Source of the DNA: Bacillota bacterium
GTDB lineage: Bacteria; Bacillota; Clostridia; Peptostreptococcales; Anaerovoracaceae
DNA length: 64,000 nt
Assembly (NCBI GenBank): GCA_017556505.1
Contig: JAFYNS010000136.1
Location: 2,547-66,546 of the forward strand
Reading direction: 5' to 3'
Shown here: positions 28,263 to 38,053 of the stretch, in pieces
Position numbering within the stretch: position 1 is the stretch's first letter
Layout of the letters: every line of letters begins with the position of its first letter
Made by a program: the position numbers and the translations under genes
The notes under the pieces: generated by a model
Seen by the model: the letters and a program-made list of their open reading frames with translations, nothing else
The model's database searches: none
What the model was told of the DNA's origin: nothing

Positions 28263-28880
28263 TTATCGAATAAAGTTGGTGCCAACACGAGGTTCTTTCT
28301 CCGGCAGGCCGTAGGCTTCTTTTCCAAGCTGGATGCTCTTCATGAGAAATACCATATTTCTTGCTGCGGTGCGCATCATCTGCATACCCTCTCCATCCTG
28401 CACGGCCTCTTCTGCATCGTTGCCGTGAATGCCGTTCCAGTACTGCCCGGAAGCAATCGGCATTCCGCTGATTGTGAAGTATTTGTTCAGCTGGTCAAAG
28501 GTTGCAGTCAGCCCGCCTCTGCGCGCTGAAGTGACTGCAGTGCCCACCTTCATGGTCAGATCCAGGCCGCAGCTGTAGAAGAGTCTGTCAAGGAAGGATG
28601 ACAGGGTGCCATTGGCAGAAGCGTAATATACGGGACTTCCGATAACCAGACCATCGCATTCTGCAAGTTTTGCAGCGGCTTCATTGACACAGTCGTCGAA
28701 GACACAGTATCCGTGTTTCTTGCAGTATCTGCAGGCAATACAGCCGCGGATTGCCAGATTTCCCACCTGCAGAAGCTCAGTTTCAATACCTTCTGCCTCG
28801 AAAATTTTGATCATTTCATTCAGTGCGGTATAAGTGCTGCCCTCAGCATGAGGGCTGCCGTTAATCAGTAATACTTTCAT
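28263..28880 (-). CDS. Iron-sulfur flavoprotein / flavodoxin-like NAD(P)H-dependent FMN reductase
   Basis: MKVLLINGSPH...GCIACRYCKKHGYC (compact CX2CX2CX5C motif as in Isf proteins) ...LVIGSPVYY... Confidence 0.75.
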   Translation of the reverse strand: MKVLLINGSPHAEGSTYTALNEMIKIFEAEGIETELLQVGNLAIRGCIACRYCKKHGYCVFDDCVNEAAAKLAECDGLVIGSPVYYASANGTLSSFLDRLFYSCGLDLTMKVGTAVTSARRGGLTATFDQLNKYFTISGMPIASGQYWNGIHGNDAEEAVQDGEGMQMMRTAARNMVFLMKSIQLGKEAYGLPEKEPRVGTNFIR

Positions 28881-30066
28881 GGTTACTCCTCCCCTGCTTC
28901 TCCATGCACTGCACTTCGATGTTCATCTCTTCGGCACGTTTTGCGTAGCCGTCGGACATTTTCTGGCCGGTCATCATGACTTTTCTGGCACGTTTGCCGC
29001 CAAAGCGCCGTGCCACAGTGTCCAGCTCATAAAGTGCCATCTGGTCTACTTTGCCATTCTTGCAGGATACGAAGACCGGCACGCAGCCTTCCAGGGCCAG
29101 TACGTCGATTTCGTTCTTCACGTTGTCGTCGTCATACCAGGTATCATCATCCCATGCGATGTGTGCACCTACGCGTACATCGCTGTAACGGCCGCTGTCT
29201 TTGAAGTTATAATAAGTATACAGTTCCAGAATACATCCTGCATCGTGAATCACGTCTTTGGTCATATAGTCCTTATATGCAAAATATGCCCCATCCTGGC
29301 CCACTTTTACATCCTGCAGAACGCCGCAGTTTCCAAGCATGGTGAGATACTGATTGATTTCCTTCAGGGAACGGATTCCCGGAGTCTTTTTCAGCATCCG
29401 CTTCATGTCCTCCGCACTCACGTCTACAATCAGGTCTGTCAGCTGGAAGTTCATGCAGCTGCGCAGGAAGGCAGAAAAACCATTCCATTTTCTCTGATCC
29501 CTGCTTGCCACCTTCCACATATTCATTACATCGTTCTTAAACGATTTATCATCCAGATGACTCTTGTAGTCCTTCTGAGCGTTATAGTCGATGCGTCCGC
29601 CATAGAAGCGGATGACGTGGTCCAGAGTCAGCTGTTTTTCATGATGCTCAGCCAGTTCGCTGATGGATTTCACATCTTTCTGTGCGATTACGTTCAGCTT
29701 GCCGGTAGTCACGTTGAACTGATGCATCGGGGTTGGGTATTTTGCAGAGAGAATGCCCATGGCAACCAGCACCAGGTCGCCGCCTCCGGTCAGGTCGAAG
29801 AAGCACTGGTTTCCGGCGCCGTATTCGCGGGCCAGCACCCCGTCCATTATCTCTACGATTTCATTGAGATCTCCGTACGGTACTTCCACAAACTCCATGT
29901 CGTGGTCGCCGCAAAGCGCCTTGTGACAGCGTTTCAGCTTTCCCCGGCCTTCCAGTGTCATAATCGGCTTATAGCCGAAGCAGATGACCTTATCCATGTG
30001 GAAATGGGTACAGGTAATCAGGTTTTCTATCGGTTCCTCGTCAAAAAATTCAATCAGTACGTTCAT
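28861..30066 (-). CDS. Card1/Can2-like protein: N-terminal CARF-like Rossmann domain + C-terminal DUF1887 PD-(D/E)XK nuclease domain
   Basis: FFDLTGGGDLVLVAMGI (CARF-type DxTGG loop). The C-terminus has NEIDVLALEGCVPVFVSCKNGKV...LYELDTVARRFGGKRARKVMM (E-x-D...S/E-C-K nuclease core as in DUF1887). The start is 1 nt after the M20 stop. 20-nt overlap with the flavoprotein gene. Confidence 0.6.
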   Translation of the reverse strand: MNVLIEFFDEEPIENLITCTHFHMDKVICFGYKPIMTLEGRGKLKRCHKALCGDHDMEFVEVPYGDLNEIVEIMDGVLAREYGAGNQCFFDLTGGGDLVLVAMGILSAKYPTPMHQFNVTTGKLNVIAQKDVKSISELAEHHEKQLTLDHVIRFYGGRIDYNAQKDYKSHLDDKSFKNDVMNMWKVASRDQRKWNGFSAFLRSCMNFQLTDLIVDVSAEDMKRMLKKTPGIRSLKEINQYLTMLGNCGVLQDVKVGQDGAYFAYKDYMTKDVIHDAGCILELYTYYNFKDSGRYSDVRVGAHIAWDDDTWYDDDNVKNEIDVLALEGCVPVFVSCKNGKVDQMALYELDTVARRFGGKRARKVMMTGQKMSDGYAKRAEEMNIEVQCMEKQGRSNHESITD

Positions 30067-30067
30067 A

Positions 30068-31516
30068 TTACAGTCCTCGAATCAGTCTTACATAAAATTC
30101 TACGGTTTTGATCAGGGTCGGAATTGGAATCCGTTCATTGTTTCCGTGAATCATGGCACGCTCTTCTGCGGTCAGGTACATGGCAGAGAAACGGTACACA
30201 CGATCACTGATGGCGTTATAGGAGCGGGAGTCGCTGCATGCCATCATCAGGTACGGCGCCACGATGGCATCCGGCCAGGTGTTATGTATTGCATCTTTCA
30301 GCTTCAGCCATTCCTCGCAGGTCGTATCGGAATAAGGCGATGGGTTCATGGCATTGACTGCTTCAATCTTGATATTGTCGTTCCTGATGACGCTGCGCAG
30401 GTATTCTACTGCGCTGTCAGTGGTGTCGGTGCCCAGCAGACGCAGGTTCGCGCCAAAGCTTGCCTTTGGAGGCAGTACATTGTATGCCTTGCTGCCGTCC
30501 ATCCGGGTCAGGGCCACGGTGGTGCGCATGAGGGCGTTCAGTTCGCCGCCTGCCATGGAGCAGTATGCAGACAGAACCGGTCCGAAGAGCCACAGGTTGG
30601 CGAAGATCATACGGTACAGGAAGGTGGAATGACGTCCCAGAGCGTCAAACATTTCTTCCACAGGTCTTGTCATCTGGGTTGGGAACGGATGCTTTTCAAT
30701 GGCAATGATGGCATCAGCCAGCTGCTTTACCACACCGTTCTTTGGAGGAGTGGATGCATGGCCGCCGCCGGATTCCAGGGTGAAATTCACGTTCAGCATG
30801 CCCTTTTCACCGATTCCAACCACCGCGCAGGACTTGTCAACCCCAGGAAACACACCGTCAACTACCGCGCCGCCCTCATCTACTACCAGAGCAGGCACGA
30901 TTCCGCGTTCACGGAGCCATTCTACGATCATAGGACAGTCTTCCCCGTCTACTTCTTCTCCGCCGGAGAAGGACAGATACAGGTCGTTTTCCGGTGTGAA
31001 ACCACCTTCACGGCCCAGCAGAGATTCCAGAGCTTCGAAGATACCGCAGAGTGTACCCTTGGTATCCAGTGTACCACGGCCCCAGATGTGACCGTCTTCC
31101 ACGATTCCCTCAAAAGCAGGCTTTACCCAGCCATCTTCTTCGATCGGAACTACGTCGTAGTGTGCCATACATACGGACGGCTTTTCGCTGCTGTGGCCCG
31201 GCAGCTTGTACAGCAGACCGCTGCGGCCGATGTGATGCAGCTCTGCTGCCTGATGAACCAGTGGGAAACGTTCTGCCAGCAGTTTCTGGAACTTGCGGAA
31301 CTCTTCCATGTCCATCTTTTCTTCTTCATAGTAGGATACGGTTTTGTAGCGGATCATGTCCACCATATCCTGCACGATTTTATCGTGATCCAGATCGATC
31401 GGATCTTCCACGCCCGGTTCTTCCACCGGCGGAACGAACTTCACCGTTCTGAAAATTACCACTGCTGCCAGCACCGCCAATGCCGCCAGCAAAATCCATA
31501 CAATTGTCATGCCCAT
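30068..31516 (-). CDS. M20/M25/M40-family metallopeptidase with N-terminal membrane anchor, copy 3
   Basis: N-terminal TM (MGMTIVWILLAALAVLAAVVIF), ...VCMAHYDVVP...GRGTLDTKG...GGEEVDG... Confidence 0.8.
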   Translation of the reverse strand: MGMTIVWILLAALAVLAAVVIFRTVKFVPPVEEPGVEDPIDLDHDKIVQDMVDMIRYKTVSYYEEEKMDMEEFRKFQKLLAERFPLVHQAAELHHIGRSGLLYKLPGHSSEKPSVCMAHYDVVPIEEDGWVKPAFEGIVEDGHIWGRGTLDTKGTLCGIFEALESLLGREGGFTPENDLYLSFSGGEEVDGEDCPMIVEWLRERGIVPALVVDEGGAVVDGVFPGVDKSCAVVGIGEKGMLNVNFTLESGGGHASTPPKNGVVKQLADAIIAIEKHPFPTQMTRPVEEMFDALGRHSTFLYRMIFANLWLFGPVLSAYCSMAGGELNALMRTTVALTRMDGSKAYNVLPPKASFGANLRLLGTDTTDSAVEYLRSVIRNDNIKIEAVNAMNPSPYSDTTCEEWLKLKDAIHNTWPDAIVAPYLMMACSDSRSYNAISDRVYRFSAMYLTAEERAMIHGNNERIPIPTLIKTVEFYVRLIRGL

Positions 31517-31531
31517 ATGAGTCTTCCTTTC

Positions 31532-32740
31532 TTATGCTTTATTATTTTTACCGATATTCCGGCATAAGGTCACATATACAATTACAATCATCGGCACAGT
31601 CACCATGAAGCACGGATAGAACAGGTGACCCGGAACGGCTCCATAGAGGAAACCACCAATCAGCGGGCCTGTGGCCATACCGATATCCATGCCTACATAA
31701 TAGGTACTGTTGGCAAGCCCTCGCTTTTCAGGTCCCGCCAGCAGAAGTGCCGTGGACTGACAGACGGAGCACATGATTCCGTAGCCCCCTGCCATAAATA
31801 CTGATGCGGCAAAGAGCAGCAGATTGCTTTCCATGAAGGTCAGGCAGATCATGGCTCCCAGTGCACTTCCGCAGCTTGCCAGTACGAAAGTACCGTATGG
31901 CAGTTTGTCAAAATATTTTGCCAGGGATAGTCTCAGCACTAAAAGCACCATCGCATAGACCGGGAAGAAGAGTCCCACGGTCACATCCAGTCCCATGGTT
32001 TCCGTATACCGAACCAGGAAAGACTGGGTGGCATAATAAGGGATGGTAAAGAGTGCGATGACCAGTGCCACCGGAAGGACTTTTGGATCCACGAACTGAA
32101 GACGCTTACGCGGTCCGGAAGACTTGTCCGCTCCGGCTGCCGTCACTGAATCAGCCGCCGCAGCAGCGGCCGCAGGTTCCCCTTTATCCTTTACGAACTG
32201 GATAATTGTCATGGTGCAAAGAGCTGCCGCCGTGGCAATGATGAACGCTGCGCGGTAACCAAGATGCTGATACACGAATACTCCAATGGACGGTGAAATA
32301 GCCATGCTCAGGGCATTCATGGTGCCGTAGAGCCCCATTCCTGCACCGATTTTTTCCCTTGGGAGCATGTTGCTCATCCAGGTGGAAAGACAGACCGTAC
32401 AGAAGGAAAAACCTACTCCATGGACGATTCTGGCCGCAAGAAGAATCCCTGCATTTGGAGTCAGCACATAGCCCACACTTGCAAGGGCCATCAGCGCCGA
32501 ACCGATAAAGGCAACCTTGTATTTGGAGATTTTGTCGGCAAGATTACCGACGAATGGCCTGCAGAACAGGGAGCACAGGTTCATGGCACCGCCCATAAGA
32601 CCCATGACTGCCGCTGCAGCCCCCAGACTTTCCGTGAACCCCGCGATCAGGGGCGTCACCATCATGGGACTGGCCATAAAGAAAAAACTGGCCGCCAGGA
32701 CCAGCACAATATCTCTGGTTAAATAACGTTCTTTTATCAT
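31532..32740 (-). CDS. MFS transporter
   Basis: 402 aa with 12 TM helices and an Ala-rich central loop. Confidence 0.8.
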   Translation of the reverse strand: MIKERYLTRDIVLVLAASFFFMASPMMVTPLIAGFTESLGAAAAVMGLMGGAMNLCSLFCRPFVGNLADKISKYKVAFIGSALMALASVGYVLTPNAGILLAARIVHGVGFSFCTVCLSTWMSNMLPREKIGAGMGLYGTMNALSMAISPSIGVFVYQHLGYRAAFIIATAAALCTMTIIQFVKDKGEPAAAAAAADSVTAAGADKSSGPRKRLQFVDPKVLPVALVIALFTIPYYATQSFLVRYTETMGLDVTVGLFFPVYAMVLLVLRLSLAKYFDKLPYGTFVLASCGSALGAMICLTFMESNLLLFAASVFMAGGYGIMCSVCQSTALLLAGPEKRGLANSTYYVGMDIGMATGPLIGGFLYGAVPGHLFYPCFMVTVPMIVIVYVTLCRNIGKNNKA

Positions 32741-32825
32741 TTCTGCTGTAGCACCTTCTACGAATTTTTCTATAATATAGTCTGCCCTTTTTTTCGGAAA
32801 ATGTCAAGGAAATCTCTTTACACAA

Positions 32826-32856
32826 AGAAAACGGCCGGAAATCCGGCCGCTTTTTA
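32826..32856 (-). terminator. Terminator after gldA
   Basis: CGGCCGGA pairs with TCCGGCCG, flanked by A/T runs. Confidence 0.6.
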
Positions 32857-32875
32857 TGCGAGTTTGGTTATGAAA

Positions 32876-33973
32876 TTACAGACCAAGGGAATATCTTCCG
32901 TAAGCGTCTGCTGCCTTCATAGCAGCCACTACCTTTTCAGGAGTGATGATGATTGGCATGTTGTTCAGAGTATCGCCTTCTGCGCATGCTGCTTCTGCAA
33001 CTGCCATCAGCTGTTCATCGGTCACGTCAGCCAGACCCAGCTGCTGGAAGGTTACAGGCAGATCCACGTCAATGCACCAGTCGATGATATCCTGCAGTTC
33101 TTCGGTGTCGATGTTTTCCAGTACCAGCTGTGTCAGAGTACCGAAAGCAACCTTTTCTCCGTGATACATATGGTGGCATTCTTCCAGAACAGTCAGTCCG
33201 TTGTGGATTGCGTGAGCGCCAGCCAGACCTGCGGATTCGAAACCGATACCGGACAGCAGAGTGTTGGCTTCGATTACCTTTTCTACAGCTTCCGTGCATG
33301 CACCTGCTTCCAGAGCAATCTTCGCCTTGCGGCCTTCTGCCATCAGAGTTTCGAAGCAAAGCTTTGCCAGAGCAACGGCTGCGGTTGTAGCCATGCCGCC
33401 TGCGCAGTTTGCTGCGTTCTTCGCTGCAGCTGCTCTTGCTTCAAAGTAAGTAGCCAGAGCGTCGCCCATGCCGGAAACAGTCAGTCTAACCGGGGACTTG
33501 GCAATGATGTCAGTATCCATCAGTACCAGATTAGGGTTTGCAGGCAGGAAGAAGTATTCTTCGAATACACCTTCGTCAGTGTAGATTACGGACAGTGCGC
33601 TGCAAGGAGCATCTGTGGATGCAATGGTAGGACAGATGATTACCGGAGTCTTGCAGTGGTATGCAACTGCCTTGGAAGTATCCAGAATCTTACCGCCGCC
33701 GATACCGATGATGAAGTCACATTCCTTTTCCTTCATCACTTCGATGAGACGGTTGATTTCAGTCTTACAGCATTCGCCGTTGAAATAGTCGAACAGGATT
33801 TCAAAATCCTGACCTTCGAAACTGCTTTCTACAATCTGACCGATTCTCTTGTAGCCGGATGCAGTGATCAGAATCAGAGCCTTCTTACCGTAACCCTTTA
33901 CGTAATCGTAGAGCTTACCCATTTCGCCTGCGCCCTGTACGTACTTACCTGGGCTGATTAAAATTTTTGCCAT
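32876..33973 (-). CDS. gldA: Glycerol dehydrogenase (iron-containing ADH family)
   Basis: MAKILISPGKYVQGAGEMGKL...GIGGGKILDTSKAVA...TIASTDAP... Confidence 0.85.
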   Translation of the reverse strand: MAKILISPGKYVQGAGEMGKLYDYVKGYGKKALILITASGYKRIGQIVESSFEGQDFEILFDYFNGECCKTEINRLIEVMKEKECDFIIGIGGGKILDTSKAVAYHCKTPVIICPTIASTDAPCSALSVIYTDEGVFEEYFFLPANPNLVLMDTDIIAKSPVRLTVSGMGDALATYFEARAAAAKNAANCAGGMATTAAVALAKLCFETLMAEGRKAKIALEAGACTEAVEKVIEANTLLSGIGFESAGLAGAHAIHNGLTVLEECHHMYHGEKVAFGTLTQLVLENIDTEELQDIIDWCIDVDLPVTFQQLGLADVTDEQLMAVAEAACAEGDTLNNMPIIITPEKVVAAMKAADAYGRYSLGL

Positions 33974-34092
33974 AATAATTTACCTCCCTCATAGGACAGA
34001 AAATAAAGTTTTTCCGAAGATTAGTATACCATATTTTTCCGAAACGTGGTATAATTTCCCTATGAAATATATTCTCAAGGAGGAATAAAATT

Positions 34093-34764
34093 ATGGGCAA
34101 CGTTAAGAAATACCGCTGCACAATCTGCGGATACATTCACGAAGGGGAACTGACCGAAGACTTCAAGTGTCCTCTGTGCAAGCAGCCTGCTTCCAAGTTT
34201 GAACTGATTGAAGAACCAAATGCTGAAGGAAACAAGTACGCAGGAACCAAGACCGAAAAGAACCTGGAAGAAGCCTTCGCAGGCGAATCCATGGCAAGAA
34301 ACAAATATACTTATTTCGCTAATATCGCAATGCAGGAAGGCTACGACCAGCTGGCTGAAATCTTCCTGAAGACTGCAAGAAATGAACAGGAACACGCACG
34401 TCTGTGGTTTGCGGAACTGGGTCACCTGGGTGACACCGCTGCAAATCTGAAGTCTGCAGCAGAAGGTGAAAACTACGAATGGACTAATATGTACGACAGA
34501 ATGGCCAAGGATGCTGATGAAGAAGGCTTCCCTGAACTGGCTGAAAAGTTCCGTAAGGTTGCTGCCATCGAAAAGGCCCATGAAGAAAGATATCTGGCAC
34601 TCTTAAAGAACGTGGAACTGCAGCAGGTATTCGAAAAGTCCGAAGAAATCATGTGGGAATGCCGCATCTGCGGACACCTGGTAATCGGTAAGAAGGCACC
34701 GGAAAGCTGCCCTGTCTGCGGTTTCTCTCAGAGCTTCTTCGAAGTAAGAAAAGAAAACTACTAA
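34093..34764 (+). CDS. rbr: Rubrerythrin with an additional N-terminal rubredoxin-like CxxC...CxxC domain
   Basis: N-terminus YRCTICGY...CPLCK, a ferritin-like core ([13 protein letters not shown]...EQEHARLW...), and a C-terminus WECRICGH...CPVCG. Confidence 0.85.
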   Translation: MGNVKKYRCTICGYIHEGELTEDFKCPLCKQPASKFELIEEPNAEGNKYAGTKTEKNLEEAFAGESMARNKYTYFANIAMQEGYDQLAEIFLKTARNEQEHARLWFAELGHLGDTAANLKSAAEGENYEWTNMYDRMAKDADEEGFPELAEKFRKVAAIEKAHEERYLALLKNVELQQVFEKSEEIMWECRICGHLVIGKKAPESCPVCGFSQSFFEVRKENY

Positions 34765-34781
34765 TTTACAGCACTCAAAAT

Positions 34782-34810
34782 CTCCCTCGGCCGAGGGAGT
34801 TTTTATTTTT
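34782..34810 (+). terminator. Terminator after rubrerythrin
   Basis: CTCCCTCGG pairs with CCGAGGGAG, followed by TTTTTATTTTT. Confidence 0.7.
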
Positions 34811-34811
34811 C

Positions 34812-35135
34812 TTAAAATACCATCTGTACCAGCACCATATAAAGTACGGTACCGCCTGCAATACTGAGCAGAGTATTCCGTTTCCACACGTGAAGCGCAG
34901 CTACCGCCCCGCAGGCCAGAAATTCCGGAATGCCATAAGGCGCCGCCGCAAAGGATACCCCCTTCAGGCAGAACACCACCAGCATACCCATGATCGCAAA
35001 CGGTAATACTTTGCCAAGATAGGTGATGTAGGCCGGTGTTTCACGGTCACCGCGGAAGATGATGAAGGGCAGAAAACGCAGTGCCATGGTCACCAGCGCA
35101 GCAACTGCCACAGTTCCAAATGCATGCATGTCCAT
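34812..35135 (-). CDS. azlD: Branched-chain amino acid exporter small subunit AzlD
   Basis: MDMHAFGTVAVAALVTMALRFLPFIIF... (107 aa). TAATG overlap with azlC. The longer track ORF (to 35315) overlaps azlC, so I rejected it. Confidence 0.75.
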   Translation of the reverse strand: MDMHAFGTVAVAALVTMALRFLPFIIFRGDRETPAYITYLGKVLPFAIMGMLVVFCLKGVSFAAAPYGIPEFLACGAVAALHVWKRNTLLSIAGGTVLYMVLVQMVF

Positions 35136-35860
35136 TACGCCTCGCCTCCCTTCGCAGGCCGGCGGCCTTCCACACTGCTCCGAAGTCCTGTCAGAAGCAG
35201 AGTAATCACAATCATGGCAGGAATCAGGAAGCTTCCTGCACCAAAGATCAGCAGGCAGGCAGCAGAGGCAACCAGACCGATCAGTGCCGGACGGTGGTCC
35301 CTGGTGCTGAGCCACTGCTCCGTAAAGATTGTCACAAACAGGGCTGTCAGTGCGAAGTCAATGCCCTCCGTATTAAAAGGAATCACAGAGCCCAGCAGTG
35401 CCCCGATTACAGACCCGGTCACCCAATAGCACTGGTTGAAGAAGGACACAGTGAAATAGTACTTGTGTCTCTCGCGCTGCACTGCCGGATCCTCAGAAAC
35501 CGGGTCCTGGCAGACCAGTGAGTACGTTTCGTCTGTGAGGCCGAACATCATATAGAGTTTTTTGCGGCCCGCACCCTTGTAGCGGTCAATCATGGAGATA
35601 CCGTAAAACAGGTGCCGCGCATTGACCATCAGAGAAGTCAGTGCCGTCGTCAGCAGGCTGGCACCTCCGGTCAAAAGGTCAATCACCACATACTGAAGAG
35701 ATCCAGCGTAAATAAACAGGCTCATGGCCAGTGCCCAGCCGGCCCCGTAACCCCTGGTTTTCAGGATAATCCCAAAGCCGATGCCCAGCACCACATATCC
35801 GGTCAGCACCGGAATGGTGTCGAGAAAGGCTTTTCTCAGCAAATTCTTTTTCTCCGTCAT
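35135..35860 (-). CDS. azlC: Branched-chain amino acid exporter AzlC
   Basis: MTEKKNLLRKAFLDTIPVLTGYVVLGIGFGIIL... 241 aa, multi-TM. Confidence 0.8.
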   Translation of the reverse strand: MTEKKNLLRKAFLDTIPVLTGYVVLGIGFGIILKTRGYGAGWALAMSLFIYAGSLQYVVIDLLTGGASLLTTALTSLMVNARHLFYGISMIDRYKGAGRKKLYMMFGLTDETYSLVCQDPVSEDPAVQRERHKYYFTVSFFNQCYWVTGSVIGALLGSVIPFNTEGIDFALTALFVTIFTEQWLSTRDHRPALIGLVASAACLLIFGAGSFLIPAMIVITLLLTGLRSSVEGRRPAKGGEA

Positions 35861-35878
35861 TGTTTCCCCGCAAAATCT

Positions 35879-36766
35879 CTACTTCACCACATTGCGCAGT
35901 GTTCCTACACCTTCGATGGTGCATACCACTTCATCGCCCGCCTTTATGTACTTTGGCGGAGTGAATCCCATGCCTACGCCGGATGGAGTTCCGGTTGCAA
36001 TGATATCGCCCGGTTCCAGAGTCATGCCCTGAGACAGTTCACTGATAATGGTGGAAATATCCGCAATCAGCATTCTGGTGTTTGACTGCTGGCGCAGCTC
36101 GCCATTTACATGGCAGGAAATATCCAGCTGCGGAGGGAAAGCAATCTGGCTCTTATGTACGATAGACGGTCCCATAACGGAATAGCCGTCCAGGCTCTTT
36201 CCGCGGAGCCACTGTACGTGCTTTCTCTGAATGGCTCTGGCGCTTACATCATTAAACACAGAATAGCCGAAGATATATTCTTCTGCTTCTTCCGGCTTGA
36301 TGTCACGGCACTCTTTGCCGATGATGACAGCCAGTTCCGCTTCGTAGTCCATTTCTTCGTCACAGGACGGGCAGACAATCGCCTCACCGTGACCGGTGAT
36401 GCGGTTTGCACGTTTGCCGAAGTAAATGTGCTGCTCGTCCTTCTTGCTGGTTGCCGCCTGGAACATGTCTCTTGCTTCTTCCTGGTGGGAACGGTAATTG
36501 ATTCCCACGCAGATAATATCATGAATCGGACGGGTAATCGGTGCCAGCAGCGTTACTCTGTCCAGCGGAATTGCCGCTTCATGTTCCTGATGCCATGCAC
36601 GTTCTGCCATCAGCAGTTCCACTTCACTTACATTAGTGATGAAATCCACCATATCCTTATATTCCTGGTCAACACCCAGCATCTGCAGGGACACTGCATT
36701 CTGTCCGTCAGGCAGAATCGCTCCCAGCTGTCTCTGACCGCTGATTTCGTAAGTTACAAAATTCAT
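35879..36766 (-). CDS. Fumarylacetoacetate hydrolase (FAH) family protein
   Basis: ...ICVGINYRSH...EAELAVIIGK...FNDVSAR...GKSLDG...GDIIATGTPSGVG... Confidence 0.85.
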   Translation of the reverse strand: MNFVTYEISGQRQLGAILPDGQNAVSLQMLGVDQEYKDMVDFITNVSEVELLMAERAWHQEHEAAIPLDRVTLLAPITRPIHDIICVGINYRSHQEEARDMFQAATSKKDEQHIYFGKRANRITGHGEAIVCPSCDEEMDYEAELAVIIGKECRDIKPEEAEEYIFGYSVFNDVSARAIQRKHVQWLRGKSLDGYSVMGPSIVHKSQIAFPPQLDISCHVNGELRQQSNTRMLIADISTIISELSQGMTLEPGDIIATGTPSGVGMGFTPPKYIKAGDEVVCTIEGVGTLRNVVK

Positions 36767-36767
36767 T

Positions 36768-37970
36768 TTACTTAGCCTCCTGTTTCAGATACTGCAGTGC
36801 CATATACGCATAAGCTGCCGCACCTGTACGCAGCACATCTTCGTTAAACAGGGATTCCGGATGATGAACTGCCTGCGGATAGCCTTCTGCAAAGCTTCCT
36901 GCACCCAGATTGAAGCAGACGGACGGTACTGCCTGGCTGATAAATGCAAAGTCTTCACTGCCTACAGACGGTGTTTCATACTTCACGATGTGCTCTTCAC
37001 CCACCAGTTCTGCCGCATAGCCGGTCAGCTGTGCGGAAAGGTCAGGATCGCACTTCACGCAAGGACAGTAGTCAAAGAATCTGGTTTCCACACTGCAGCG
37101 GAGCGCCGCACCCACGCCCTTTGCCACTTCATCGATTCTGGTCTTGATAAACTCATTCTTCACACCGGTAGGATCGTTGGTACGGATAGTACCCCACATT
37201 TCCGCGTGAGCCGGAATGATATTGGATGCATGGCCAGCCTGGAATCTGCAGGTTGTAAATACACCGTACTCATGAGCATCCAGTTCACGGCTGTTGATTT
37301 CAGCCAGAGCCACATGAATCTGTGCTGCTGCCGTAATCGGGTCAATCGCTACATGCGGTGTAGAACCGTGACCGCCCTTACCGGTTACCTTGATATAGTA
37401 CTGTTCACAGGAGGACATTGCTGCACCATCCGCCAGAACGATAACTGTGCCGGACGGAATGTCTGTACCAATCACCACATGGAACATGTACGCCGCATCC
37501 ACCTTTGGATTTTCCAGCAGTCCGTTTTCAATCATATCCTTTGCGCCCAGGAAAATCTCTTCTGCCGGCTGGAATGCCAGCTTTACAGTACCTTCGATCT
37601 CATCTTCATGTTCCTTCAGCAGTTTGGCTGCACCCAGAAGCATGGTAGTATGGAAGTCATGTCCGCAGGCATGCATTTTATTCGGAGACTGGCTTGCAAA
37701 CGGCAGATCCAGCGCTTCCTGAATCGGCAGGGCGTCCATATCTGCTCTCAGCAAAATCGTTTTGCCCGGCTTCTTTCCTCCTGCCAGAGCCACAATACCT
37801 GCCTTACCGCAGTCTTTCGGCTCATAGCCCATGGCCTTCAGCTCTGTACGCACTTTCTCTAATGTATGATTCAGCTCAAATCCGGTTTCCGGATGCATGT
37901 GCAGATCTCTTCTTACTTCTTCCAGCCAGCCCTGCAGCTGACCCGCCTGGTTTAAAATCATGTCTTTCAT
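36768..37970 (-). CDS. M20-family amidohydrolase (N-acyl-L-amino-acid amidohydrolase type), copy 4
   Basis: ...LHMHPETGFE...RADMDALPIQE...MHACGHDFH...AFQPAEE... Confidence 0.85.
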   Translation of the reverse strand: MKDMILNQAGQLQGWLEEVRRDLHMHPETGFELNHTLEKVRTELKAMGYEPKDCGKAGIVALAGGKKPGKTILLRADMDALPIQEALDLPFASQSPNKMHACGHDFHTTMLLGAAKLLKEHEDEIEGTVKLAFQPAEEIFLGAKDMIENGLLENPKVDAAYMFHVVIGTDIPSGTVIVLADGAAMSSCEQYYIKVTGKGGHGSTPHVAIDPITAAAQIHVALAEINSRELDAHEYGVFTTCRFQAGHASNIIPAHAEMWGTIRTNDPTGVKNEFIKTRIDEVAKGVGAALRCSVETRFFDYCPCVKCDPDLSAQLTGYAAELVGEEHIVKYETPSVGSEDFAFISQAVPSVCFNLGAGSFAEGYPQAVHHPESLFNEDVLRTGAAAYAYMALQYLKQEAK

Positions 37971-38053
37971 CGAAGCATGTCCTCCTTTGATTATGTTGTT
38001 TTTATTATATGCTTAATACGTTTCCCTTTCAATGAGGGAATTATCCGAATTCT

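Noticed and set aside
28058-28275. Partial similarity between 28058-28105 (...TTCCGGTATGACAGGGATCAATGACATCCGAATAAAGT) and the 3' end of the flavoprotein gene (28246-28275, TTCCGGTATGATACGATTATCGAATAAAGT).
   Set aside because: Only about 30 nt align, with gaps. It may be a relic duplication of the gene end, but it is too short and degenerate to support any feature.
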